16,826 bases of DNA from Candidatus Moanibacter sp. (lineage in GTDB: Bacteria > Verrucomicrobiota > Verrucomicrobiia > Opitutales > UBA2987): assembly GCA_965215885.1 (NCBI GenBank), contig CBDCEW010000059.1, forward strand, positions 1-16,826, given 5' to 3'. Both the position numbers and the translations under genes were made by a program. Below are positions 8,226 to 16,566 of this stretch, piece after piece (within the stretch, counting starts at the first letter, position 1; each line of letters opens with the position of its first letter). The notes below the pieces were generated by a model. The model was not told where the DNA came from. It did not search any database and saw only the letters and a list, made by a program, of their open reading frames with translations.

Positions 8226-9446
8226 CTAAAAGGGAAACTCCACCTGAAACGGCGCGGCCTCTGCCTCTTCCCCAGCTCGCGAATCCTGCCGCGCGCCCAT
8301 TCCGCTTTTGCCACTTCTCCTCGAACGCCCTCTCTTTTTTCGCCGCCGTCGAGGCTTCTGTGACCATTGCTTGAGAGTGTCATCGAGTTCCTCAGTGAGG
8401 CGCAGGAGCCAGGATTCCCTTTGCCAGAGATCCGATTCGACCGATAAAGTGAGTGCATCGATGTTGCATTCTCCCCCCGAAAAGCCCCAACCCGGTTCCT
8501 TTTTCGCCTCAGTTAGAAATGCACGGACTGCCCGCAGCATCTCTCGCGTCTCTTCAACGATGTCGTCCACCGAGGAAATTGTCGTATGATCGGAAACGGT
8601 GTCATAGTGAATGTCGCACTTTGCCTCAACACGCAACAGAGCATCCATATTTTCATCGGCATACGCGCCCTGCAGCTCGTGCCACAACTGGAGACGCTCT
8701 TCGCCTGCAGACGGATTCTTATCGGGGTGAAGGCGCAGCGCCAGGCGCCTGTACATGTCCTTCAATTTCGGAATATTGATTCGCTTTGGCCTCCTGCCGT
8801 CCAACCCGAGCGATCGGTGAAACTCCTCCCGTGCGGCCTCTTCCTCAGTTTCATCTTCAAATACTTCAGAAAATACGTTCTCAAAAAATGCGTCCGCGAA
8901 AGACTCGACAAAATCGGCCTCTGATTCGAAAAAATTGCTCTCGTCGCCGTACTCCGGAATCTCCCCTTCTTCATCACCAAACTCTGGCGAAAAAGGTTCG
9001 TCTTCCTCCCCGAAGTCTCCTGCCTCGCGCCGTTTTAGGACACATTGATAGGCCGCGTAATAGCTGCCGCCCTTGAACGAGACCTCCAGATGGATCGCAT
9101 TCACCAGATTTTCCTTTTCTTTCGCTTCGGCCTCGAGTTCGCGGATCTTTGAAAGCCGCTCTCCAAAATTCCTGTGTACCCAAGAGGTAAAGGCCGGGAC
9201 ATCCTCCAGCTCGAAACGTTCCTCTTCTGCCCGCGCTTTTTCCAGCGCCCGTTTCAATCGCCGGTAAACTCCGATTCGCTTTCGCCGAATGGGTTCGCTG
9301 TCCAGAAGAATAATTGCGCAGCCCAAGGCGTGACGCCTCTCCCTCCGCATCCGCTCCCTCCGCTTCCGAGTCTTCGTCTTTTTCTTTTTGCGGAGTTTTC
9401 TCGCCACTCCTTCAATCTGGAAAGGTCCCGAGACAACGCAAGACAC
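8226..9446 (-). CDS. J-domain (DnaJ-like, type III) protein with coiled-coil and acidic regions; start uncertain
   Basis: Central LKDMYRRLALRLHPDKNP...WHELQGAY (HPD motif); basic termini and an acidic linker; no G/F region or Zn finger. Confidence 0.85.
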   Translation of the reverse strand: MSCVVSGPFQIEGVARKLRKKKKTKTRKRRERMRRERRHALGCAIILLDSEPIRRKRIGVYRRLKRALEKARAEEERFELEDVPAFTSWVHRNFGERLSKIRELEAEAKEKENLVNAIHLEVSFKGGSYYAAYQCVLKRREAGDFGEEDEPFSPEFGDEEGEIPEYGDESNFFESEADFVESFADAFFENVFSEVFEDETEEEAAREEFHRSLGLDGRRPKRINIPKLKDMYRRLALRLHPDKNPSAGEERLQLWHELQGAYADENMDALLRVEAKCDIHYDTVSDHTTISSVDDIVEETREMLRAVRAFLTEAKKEPGWGFSGGECNIDALTLSVESDLWQRESWLLRLTEELDDTLKQWSQKPRRRRKKRGRSRRSGKSGMGARQDSRAGEEAEAAPFQVEFPF

Positions 9447-9475
9447 TCTTATTCACATTCCATTCAATCTCTTTA

Positions 9476-9523
9476 ATTTCGCGCGGCGAAATGCCAAGAA
9501 ATCCGTGCCCTCGCACGAATTTC
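9476..9523. repeat. 48-bp double-hairpin REP-like repeat, copy B, abutting the RAYT stop codon
   Basis: ATTTCGC-gcg-GCGAAAT hairpin, then AGAAATCCGTGC-cctc-GCACGAATTTCT. Confidence 0.7.
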
Positions 9524-10524
9524 TACCCGAAAACCTCCCGTCGAAGATCGCGCAGCACAGTCAGGCCCTCCCAACCACTCCCTTTCATCCGCCTGGGACC
9601 GCTCTTTCGGTTCGCCCCAAACTGATTTCTGAACTCCTCAAATATGCCTTGAACGAATTCTTCCGAACCCATGACCGCACCATCCGCAAAATAGCGCACC
9701 CGGCACCGCAAGGCCGCCGCTACCGGCACTTTCCCTCCCTCTTCTATCACCTTTCTCCACTCCTCATCGGATATCTTTGCGCCTCCACTCGGCGAGGGTG
9801 AGGCACCTTTACAGTAGAGTAACTTGCGATACTCGCTCGCCGCTTTCCTCCAGGTCATTTCCTCGCCTTCAATTCTACGGATGCTCTCCTCGATCCCATG
9901 GCGAGCTCTGAGAAACCCTCCCATCGCCTCACCGTAGCCACTCCAACGATACTCCTTCGGGTCTTCCACGATCTTCGCCCGCACCGGATTCAGATCAATA
10001 TACGCTGCCGTGATCCGCAATGCAGCATCCGTCCCCTCCACCAGGGTACTCTTGAACCGTTCGCACCATAGCGTCCCCACTCGATTGTGCGTACGATTGT
10101 ACCAGATCGAAAATCGCTGCTTCAACGTCTTCATGAACTGGGAGACATCATGCATCCGATCCAGGAGCTGTTTCCTCAGGGCCTTCCCCTCCTCTCCATC
10201 TTCTAAAAGCTTCATCTCCAACACCTTGGCATCCGCCTGCTGATAGGCTGTGGGCTTCGGGTACAGCACCCGATATCGCCGCATTAACTCCTCATCGGAA
10301 ACCACTACACTCTCCCGATCAGGAATTCTTAAGAGCACGTGAAAATGATTATTCATTATACAGTAAGTAATCACCTCCACCCCGCTGAAGTCCGCAATCT
10401 GCCAGAGCTGCTTGCGCAGGACCTCTTTCGCTACCCGATCAATCAATTTTTCCTTGTTCACCGTCCGAGTCATACAATGATACACGGCACTACGCCCAAT
10501 AATCTTCAATCTGGATTTACGCAT
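9523..10524 (-). CDS. REP-associated tyrosine transposase (RAYT-like Y1 HUH)
   Basis: YHCMTR, YCIMNNHFHVL (HUH), LWCERFKS, YIDLNPVRAKIV...YRWSGY; 333 aa with a C-terminal extension; no tnpB nearby; RBS AGGGGG. Confidence 0.92.
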   Translation of the reverse strand: MRKSRLKIIGRSAVYHCMTRTVNKEKLIDRVAKEVLRKQLWQIADFSGVEVITYCIMNNHFHVLLRIPDRESVVVSDEELMRRYRVLYPKPTAYQQADAKVLEMKLLEDGEEGKALRKQLLDRMHDVSQFMKTLKQRFSIWYNRTHNRVGTLWCERFKSTLVEGTDAALRITAAYIDLNPVRAKIVEDPKEYRWSGYGEAMGGFLRARHGIEESIRRIEGEEMTWRKAASEYRKLLYCKGASPSPSGGAKISDEEWRKVIEEGGKVPVAAALRCRVRYFADGAVMGSEEFVQGIFEEFRNQFGANRKSGPRRMKGSGWEGLTVLRDLRREVFG

Positions 10525-10732
10525 GAATATTCCCCCTTCTAACTTTCTCGTTGAAAGATATAATAAGACTGTCCCTATTCCTCTATTCCTATTCTATCAA
10601 TCAGTCAAACTTTATTTTCGCATGGAGATCCATTCCGCAGGGTAAAAGGATTCCAGGAAGCAACTAGCTGATAAGCAAGAAGATAAAAAAAGAGCTAAAC
10701 AAACCCGAGGGAATCAGTCATGTTAAGATGGG

Positions 10733-11178
10733 ATGAAAGACAAAAAATCTTACCAACTGAATCCTTCGATAGATCGTTTAACTCTGCGTCTGGTCCTGCC
10801 CGAAGAGCAGGAGCGATTCAATGATCTATTGAAACAACATCATTATTTACACAGTGCGGGCAGCGCAGGAGAGACCCTGCGCTATGTGGCGCAGATCGAC
10901 GGGCAATGGATGGGCCTGCTCTTGTGGGGGGCCGCATCCTACCGGCTGAAGGATCGAGACGAATGGATCGGGTGGGACGGGGCGCAACGGCATGCACGAT
11001 TGAAACTGGTAGTACAGAACCGGCGTTTTCTGATTTTGCCCGGGGTGGATCTTGCAAATTTGGCCTCCAAGACGTTGGGTATGTGCCTGAGAGTCTTAGC
11101 CGATCACTGGCAGGAGGCTTTTGGCTATCGTCCCTTAGTAGCGGAAACGTTCGTGGACCCACAGATTCACCGGGGCAT
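10733..11178 (+). pseudogene. 5' part of the ISAs1 transposase: DUF4338 (DruA-like) domain, interrupted
   Basis: HHYL...LRYVA...WGAA..LKDRDEWIGW...NRRFLILP...NLASK...ETFVDP..HRG. The tail of ORF 10733..11299 after this point is read-through into the inserted IS. Confidence 0.88.
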
Positions 11179-13096
11179 AGACCCCATTCGAAAAGCCTTT
11201 CGAGCGGGCGGTTTAAGGTTCTCCGCCACGGGCGGACCAGCCTATGGCTGGCAGGTTTCGGGTTTTAGGCTGCCGGCGCTGCCGATGAGCAGGTATTGAG
11301 CGGCCATCGGCGTGGCTTGCTGCACAATACGTATATTTGCCGCTGTCTGGAGGCATACTCATCCCGTGGTGCTTTTTTCTCTGAGCTTCAAAGCGGTCAG
11401 ATTCAGGCTGCCTGTTCCAGTTCCTCCCCTCGGCGTTTCTTCATCAGTATGATGCGGCAGAAGTTGTAGGCCAGAACCTTCTCGAGCAGTTCATCGCCTA
11501 CCGCATCGATGCCGCGGCGGCCGAGTTCGCCAAAGGCAAATCCATCTTTAATCGTGAACATCAGCGACTCCACTGCGGAGCGATCGCGGCGTGCCTCGCG
11601 ATACGCCTCGCTCTCCCAGTCCTCGGGGGTGGTCAACTTCTTGCCCTTCGCCCCACTGATACTGATCTGCTTTACCCCCATGCTCAGCACCTCCTTGCGT
11701 CCCTTCGCCGAAGCATATCCGTCATCGGTGCTGACCAGTTCAGCAATGACACCGGTGCGCTTGATCGAATCGCCGATGGCCGGCGCCAGCTCAATGGAGT
11801 CTGCCGCGTTGCCTTGCGGTACGATCAGGCTGGTGACAAAACCGTTTTCGCTGCGAACCAGTTGTGGCTTGTACCCGATCACTGGATTGCGGCTGCCCTT
11901 CTTGATGTAGGCCGCCGATCCGTCCGAGAGGCTCAGGACCTTCTGTGTGGACGGTAGCTTCTTTTCGTGAAACACCCGATCATGAGCATACTCAACAACC
12001 CGCTTGGCGTCGGCAATATCGCCCCTGATCTGGCTCAATGCCCGCTCCAGAAGCTCCCGGCGAGTGGGAGGCAGTGAATCCATCGACAGGCCCTCTTCAA
12101 GATGGCTCAGTTCCCCCGTTAGTGAGTCGGCCGCCTTGCGGCCCCGCTTGAGCAACCGCCGGTAGTGTTTCTTCAGCTTGCCCTTCGACTTCGGTTTGCC
12201 CGCGGCCAGACAAATCTGAAACTCCAGCTTGTCCATTTCCTCCAGCCAACGCCCAACCCATCCCTTGCGAAAATCCTCCAGCCCGAAGACATGCAACTTC
12301 TGACCCAAACGATTGGCCCGCATCAAAAGACCGCTCAGAATCTTCCCATCGGTGGGCCAGCAGCTGTTTGCTTTCACCGAGGTGCTGTCGATCGTCAGCT
12401 TCCCGAAATCGTCCCATTGCTCCTGGAGGATAAACCCAATCTGTTTATCAAAGATCAACTCGCGGGTCCTATGGCTGACCAGGTTCACGTTCTCCAGAAT
12501 CGTCGTCACCGCCGGCATTCTCAGTCCCCCGCTCTGCAAAAATCCGTACAAGCTCATCGACTCGCGCACAAACCGCCGTGCCGGTTTCGTGGTCAACGAA
12601 CCCAGAAACCCTCGAATCATCACGAACACGTATACCGCATAAGCCGGCATCCGCGGCCGGCCTGCCCCAAGATTCAATTCAGCAGCCAGAATATTCTCCT
12701 CCTCGATGTCCAGCTCCGGCAGCTCCGCTGTGCGCCCTTCAAAGAACCTCGATCTTCCAATCGAAGTTTCTTCTTCTCACGCGCATGGGCGTCCAGATCC
12801 TTCTCGATCGCCTCGATGATTTGCGCCGCGAACCCGGCCAATTCTTCAACTTCATCCAGAAAATCACGGAAATCCGTGTCTGGAACCGGCAGAATGAGGT
12901 TGCTAAGGGGCGTCTTATCGCTTTTGTTCTCCTCTGTCGCACATGTTGGCATGTTTAACTCCTTTCTTAATCTTAGGTTGTTAAACACTAGCATGTTGCG
13001 ACACTTTTTATCAAGCCACAAAATGATTTTTCTCAAGTTTTTCTTGCGCCTTTTGCGCCTCTTTGCGGCCAATCAGTAGCTTTTCGGATAAGGTCT
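11179..13096 (-). mobile_element. IS5/ISNCY-like insertion sequence (about 1.9 kb) nested in the ISAs1 transposase
   Basis: IRs AGACCCCATTCGAAAAGC (11179-11196) and the reverse complement of 13079-13096, AGACCTTATCCGAAAAGC (15/18). The flanks rejoin HRG|CYEASGW of DUF4338. Confidence 0.88.
11403..12952 (-). pseudogene. IS5/ISNCY-like DDE transposase with a one-base deletion near 12750
   Basis: ATG 12952 with RBS AAGGAG. N-terminal part MPTCATEEN...KKKLRLED joins RFFEGRTAELPEL...GRPRM in the -1 frame. Motifs: IDSTSVKANSCWPTD, TDDGY, RSAVESLMFTIK. Confidence 0.85.
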
Positions 13097-14424
13097 TGCT
13101 ACGAAGCGAGCGGGTGGACGCCCTTGGGCTTGAGCGCGGGATATGGCCGCCAACGCGAAGATTTCTATCAACGCCATGAGCGTCCCAAGCAGATCTGGGT
13201 CAAACCCCTCAAGGCTAATGCCCTTGAGCTTTTGCGCGCTTCAGGGCCATTGCCCGCGGCACAGAGCCAGGCGCTCAATGAAACCGATAACTCCCATGCG
13301 GTCTGCCTCAAAGTGGAACAGATGAGCAGCCTGTGGGAACGCTTCAATCAGATAGAAGACTTCCGTCGTAAAGCGGGCCTTAGATATCGGCTCGCCACGG
13401 TCCTGAGCATGATTGTGCTCGGCACGATGTGCGGCAAACAGACCCTCAAGGGCATCGTGCGCCTGGCCCATCATCTCAATCAAGCCCAATTGCGCGCCTT
13501 ACGCTCCTGGAAAAACCCCAAAACAGGCCGCTATAAGGCCCCTTGCTATGATGTCTTCTATCGGGTCTTGCAAAACGTAAAGGCCGAGCTCTTCGATAAA
13601 ACCCTCACCGAATTCATCTGCTTACAAGACGGCTGTTTGCCCCGCGATATTGCCGTCGACGGCAAGACCCTCAAAGGCACAAACACCGAAGAATCAAAGG
13701 CTCTGCACCTGGTGGCCGCAGTCGATCACCAAAGCGCTCAAACCTTAGCCCAAGTCGCTACCGCCGATAAATCCAACGAGATCACCGCCGCCCAGACTCT
13801 CTTGCGAAAGATGCCCATTTTGGACGGCTCCACCTTCACCTTCGACGCCATGCATAATCAAAAAGAAACTGCCCACATCGTCGTCGAAGAACTCAGTGCT
13901 GACTATGTTATTCAAATTAAAGACAATCAGCCCAACATGCATCAATACGCTCAGAATCTCTTCAGCTCCACCCCCTTTTTCTCCACCAAACCGTGGACAA
14001 TGACCATGGGCGACTCGAAATACGTCAAATAGCAACCCATTCTCTAAGCGCTCCCTCTGCCGGCCTGCCCCATGCCCGCCAGTTCGCCTGTGTGCAACGC
14101 ACCTTCCATTATCCAAACAAAGCTGAACCTTCCTCTGAACGCTCTTACTACGTAAGCAGTCTCGATCCCGCCGATTTGAGCCCTCAACAGTTCCTCTCGA
14201 AAATTCGCAACCATTGGTCGATCGAAAATAAAAATCATTACCCCAGGGATCGCTTCTTCGATGAAGATCGATGTATGATCCGTAATCATAACGCAGCCAG
14301 AATTCTTGCTGCATGCAGGCAACTGGTTCTCAGCCTCAAGTCTTCCATGGGCGCTGAATCCACTCCCGCACTCTGTGATGATTTCGTCTTTAACTTACAT
14401 AAGGCCATCAATATCATCACCTAA
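13097..14424 (+). CDS. 3' part of the ISAs1 transposase (rest of DUF4338, DDE-associated domain, DDE domain) in two frames joined by a -1 shift at C5T5 (13971-13980)
   Basis: DFRRKAGLRY, IAVDGKTLKG, KSNEI, TFDAMHNQ, IKDNQP, then HGRLEIR and RNHWSIENKNHYPRDRFFDED. Confidence 0.92.
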
Positions 14425-14492
14425 TGCTCCGAGAATCATCGTGCAGCCGTGGGTTCTTTTTATGTTCCGGATGCACTCGAATTCATTGAACG

Positions 14493-14679
14493 GAAGGTAG
14501 TCTGCAGACGGCAGAGCACCGCATTGTGATCGCCGTAGTGATGAGGTTTCTCGATTCCCTTTGCGTCAAAGAACCTAGAGTGTCATCCAGGAATCTTATA
14601 GTAGCTCCAGGTTATTCATCCAAGGGGCCGAGTGGAGCCGCAGGAAAAACTCGGCGAGGCCCCTTTGTGAATAACTTGG
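14493..14679 (+). ncRNA. Orphan structured non-coding segment resembling the left-end non-coding region of another IS110-family element
   Basis: Stems ACGGC/GCCGT (14508-12/14532-36), AGGTT/AACCT, CTTTG/CAAAG (14559-71), and a long hairpin at 14607-14679. The family resemblance (GCACCGCATT...GCCGTAG...GAACCT...AATCTTATAG) is from memory only. Confidence 0.4.
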
Positions 14680-14733
14680 CCGATCAGTGGTTGGCGATGG
14701 GTCAAAGAGTTTGTTTGGCTAAGGGTGAAAATA

Positions 14734-14900
14734 TTCAAAGGCAGCCGTCCACTACGAACTTAGGAATCAGTCCGAAGAGGACTTCCGACAGAATTTCGAG
14801 TGGACGGCCTGCCTGGATGACCGAAAACGAACACTCAGTTTACATCCTCATAACAGGATCCAACTATAAGGACTTCGCCTGGACATCCAGTGCCTTTGAA
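14734..14900 (+). ncRNA. Bridge-RNA-like guide RNA of the IS110 element
   Basis: Closing stem TTCAAAGGCA/TGCCTTTGAA (10/10). Arm 1 GCCGTCCACT/AGTGGACGGC (10/10) with an internal loop and hairpin AGTCC/GGACT. Arm 2 CTGGATG/CATCCAG with an internal loop and hairpin ATCCT/AGGAT. Loop segments match the flank and the donor end. Confidence 0.8.
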
Positions 14901-14933
14901 AAAAGCAAAAAGACAAACTAAAGGAACAAAGGG

Positions 14934-16244
14934 ATGCAGAAAAGGGAAAAAACAAATCGATATAGTGTGGTGATAGGAATTGATTGGGCGGATCAGAAAA
15001 ACGATCTGTGGATCATAGAGAGCGAAACGGGAAAAGGGACCCATCGACAGGTGGCGCAGGATGCGGTCAGCTTGCACGAATTTGCCGTAGAGATGAGAGA
15101 AAAGTATGCCAGCGTGGGCAAGCGCATGGCCATGGTGGTGGACCAGAAGCGAGGAGGGTTGATCAACTTTCTGATGGGCTTGGAGTTTGTCGATATCTAT
15201 CCAGTGCATGCGGCCAGGGCGAAGGATTATCGCCGGGCGCTGTATCCATCAGGGGCCAAGAGCGACCCGGTCGATGCGCAAATACACGCGGAGTTTTTCC
15301 TCAAACATCCCGAGCTTTTTACCAAATGTTTCATACCTGACACGGCCCAAACACGGGAGCTGAACCTGTTGTGCGAGGACCGCCGTGGATTCGTCGATCA
15401 GGCTACCAGCCTCGAACAGCAGTTGGGCAGTTGTCTGAAGCAATATAACCCTTTGGTCTTGAAATTGTTCGATGATCTAGGCAGTGGCCTGTGCCTGCAC
15501 TTTATATTGCGTTGGCCGACCCTCAAGAAGCTGCACAGAGCATCGGAGGGTGTCTTGCGAAAGTTCTTCTATAAGCACAACTGTCGCAGTGACGCCAAAA
15601 TCCAGGAGCGTCTCGAATTGATCGGTAACGCACGAGCCTTGACCGAAGATGCAGCCATCATTGAAGCATCCAGCAGAAAAGCACAGACGTTGGCCGGACA
15701 GCTTTTGACCCTGTGCCCGCAGATCAAAGCGTATGAGAAGCGTATCAGGGAGCTATTCAGAAGCCATCCCGATGCAGCCGTGTTCAGTGGCATTCCCGGA
15801 GCCGGCGAGGTCATGAGTCCCCGGTTGCTGTGCGCGTTCGGGACCGATCGTTCGCACTTCGAAACGGCCCAGAACATGACCCAGTGGAATGGATCCGCTC
15901 CGGTCACGATCAACAGCGGGCAGGACAAAAGAACCGGACAACCGAAACGAATGGTCAACTGGCGGTGGGCGGCTCCTACCTTCGTGCGGCAAAGTTTCGT
16001 TGAATTTGCCGAACATTCGATCCGAAACTGTGCCTGGGCAAAGGCCTTTTACCAGATCAAAAAAGAACAGGGCAAACCCCGCCAAACCATTCTTCGTGCC
16101 CTCGCTCTCAAGTGGACCCGCATTCTGTTTCGCTGTTGGCAAAATAGCGAACGCTACGATGAGCAAAAGTATCTCCAATCGCTCCAACGCACCGGTTCAC
16201 CGGTGTGGAAAAGACTTCAGCAAGCAAATGCCAACGCCTTGTAA
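14934..16244 (+). CDS. IS110-family (DEDD) recombinase/transposase
   Basis: 436 aa, intact. IGIDWAD, VVDQKRG, KSDPVDA, GIPGAG, GSAPVTINSG (catalytic-serine motif), RALALKWTRILFRCW. Confidence 0.96.
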   Translation: MQKREKTNRYSVVIGIDWADQKNDLWIIESETGKGTHRQVAQDAVSLHEFAVEMREKYASVGKRMAMVVDQKRGGLINFLMGLEFVDIYPVHAARAKDYRRALYPSGAKSDPVDAQIHAEFFLKHPELFTKCFIPDTAQTRELNLLCEDRRGFVDQATSLEQQLGSCLKQYNPLVLKLFDDLGSGLCLHFILRWPTLKKLHRASEGVLRKFFYKHNCRSDAKIQERLELIGNARALTEDAAIIEASSRKAQTLAGQLLTLCPQIKAYEKRIRELFRSHPDAAVFSGIPGAGEVMSPRLLCAFGTDRSHFETAQNMTQWNGSAPVTINSGQDKRTGQPKRMVNWRWAAPTFVRQSFVEFAEHSIRNCAWAKAFYQIKKEQGKPRQTILRALALKWTRILFRCWQNSERYDEQKYLQSLQRTGSPVWKRLQQANANAL

Positions 16245-16566
16245 ACACAACATGAGAAAAAACTCAAAAAATCCCTTGACGGACTACCTCAGTTTTCTGT
16301 CGGAATTCGCTTTTCTAGACTTCCCTGAGGTACGGATTCTTAGGTGAGAGATTGAGATACCGACGAAGATTGAGACCGACAGATTCCTTCGAAGAAAATG
16401 AACCTGAGATTTGAGACAATTTGTAATACCTATTGCGTCCTTGGCTGAGATTCCTCCGATATAGAGTTGAGGCCCCTGCATTCATCGTGGAAAAATCGTT
16501 TAAAGCACATCGGCCGAGGAAAACTTCGACCACTCTCCCACAATTCTCAGATTCATTTTCTTATTG

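Larger units (their letters stand above)
10638..14451 (+). mobile_element. ISAs1-family element interrupted by a nested IS; ends approximate
   Basis: Transposase pieces at 10733-11178 and 13097-14424. The right end ...GCAGCCGTG (14451) resembles ISAs1 ends. The left CAGGG at 10638 matches it poorly and there is no TSD. Confidence 0.55.
14727..16296 (+). mobile_element. Complete IS110-family element (about 1570 bp)
   Basis: No terminal IRs; about 200 bp of non-coding left end starting GAAAATAT; right end CTTGACGGACTACCTCAGTTTT. The rejoined flanks give CTAAGGGTCTGTCGGA, in register with the nearby repeat CTAGCAACCTGTCGGA. The exact crossover is uncertain by a few bases. Confidence 0.8.

Noticed and set aside
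8226..9446. Canonical chaperone dnaJ
   Set aside because: The J-domain is central, with no G/F region or CxxCxGxG repeats and no dnaK/grpE context.
9523..10524. IS200/IS605 element with TnpB
   Set aside because: No tnpB or iscB nearby; length and the NPVRA..V..P..YRWS motif indicate a RAYT.
10621..10660. Precise ISAs1 left IR and TSD
   Set aside because: The best candidate (CAGGG at 10638) matches the right end at only about 8/15 positions, and no flanking duplication was found.
10733..11299. Druantia defence system (DruA)
   Set aside because: The DUF4338 domain continues into an ISAs1 transposase after the nested IS, and no other dru genes are present.
12740..12780. Programmed -1 frameshift in the nested IS transposase
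   Set aside because: No canonical slippery heptamer or long homopolymer in the overlap; a single-base loss at GATCGAGG is simpler.
12165..13079. 304-aa + strand ORF
   Set aside because: Antisense to the nested IS transposase; no motifs.
14722..14726. AG or GT dinucleotide as the IS110 core
   Set aside because: Both are shared between junctions, but the T crossover better fits the CTCAGTTT loop match, the 17-bp promoter spacing and the register of the CTAN-N4-CTGTCGGA repeat. Not fully excluded.
14526..14921. 131-aa ORF upstream of the IS110 transposase
   Set aside because: It crosses the inferred IS boundary and overlies structured non-coding sequence; no recognisable motif.
16349..16380. 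AGATTGAGA..CCGAC direct repeats as a CRISPR array
   Set aside because: Only two short adjacent copies, no spacers and no cas genes.
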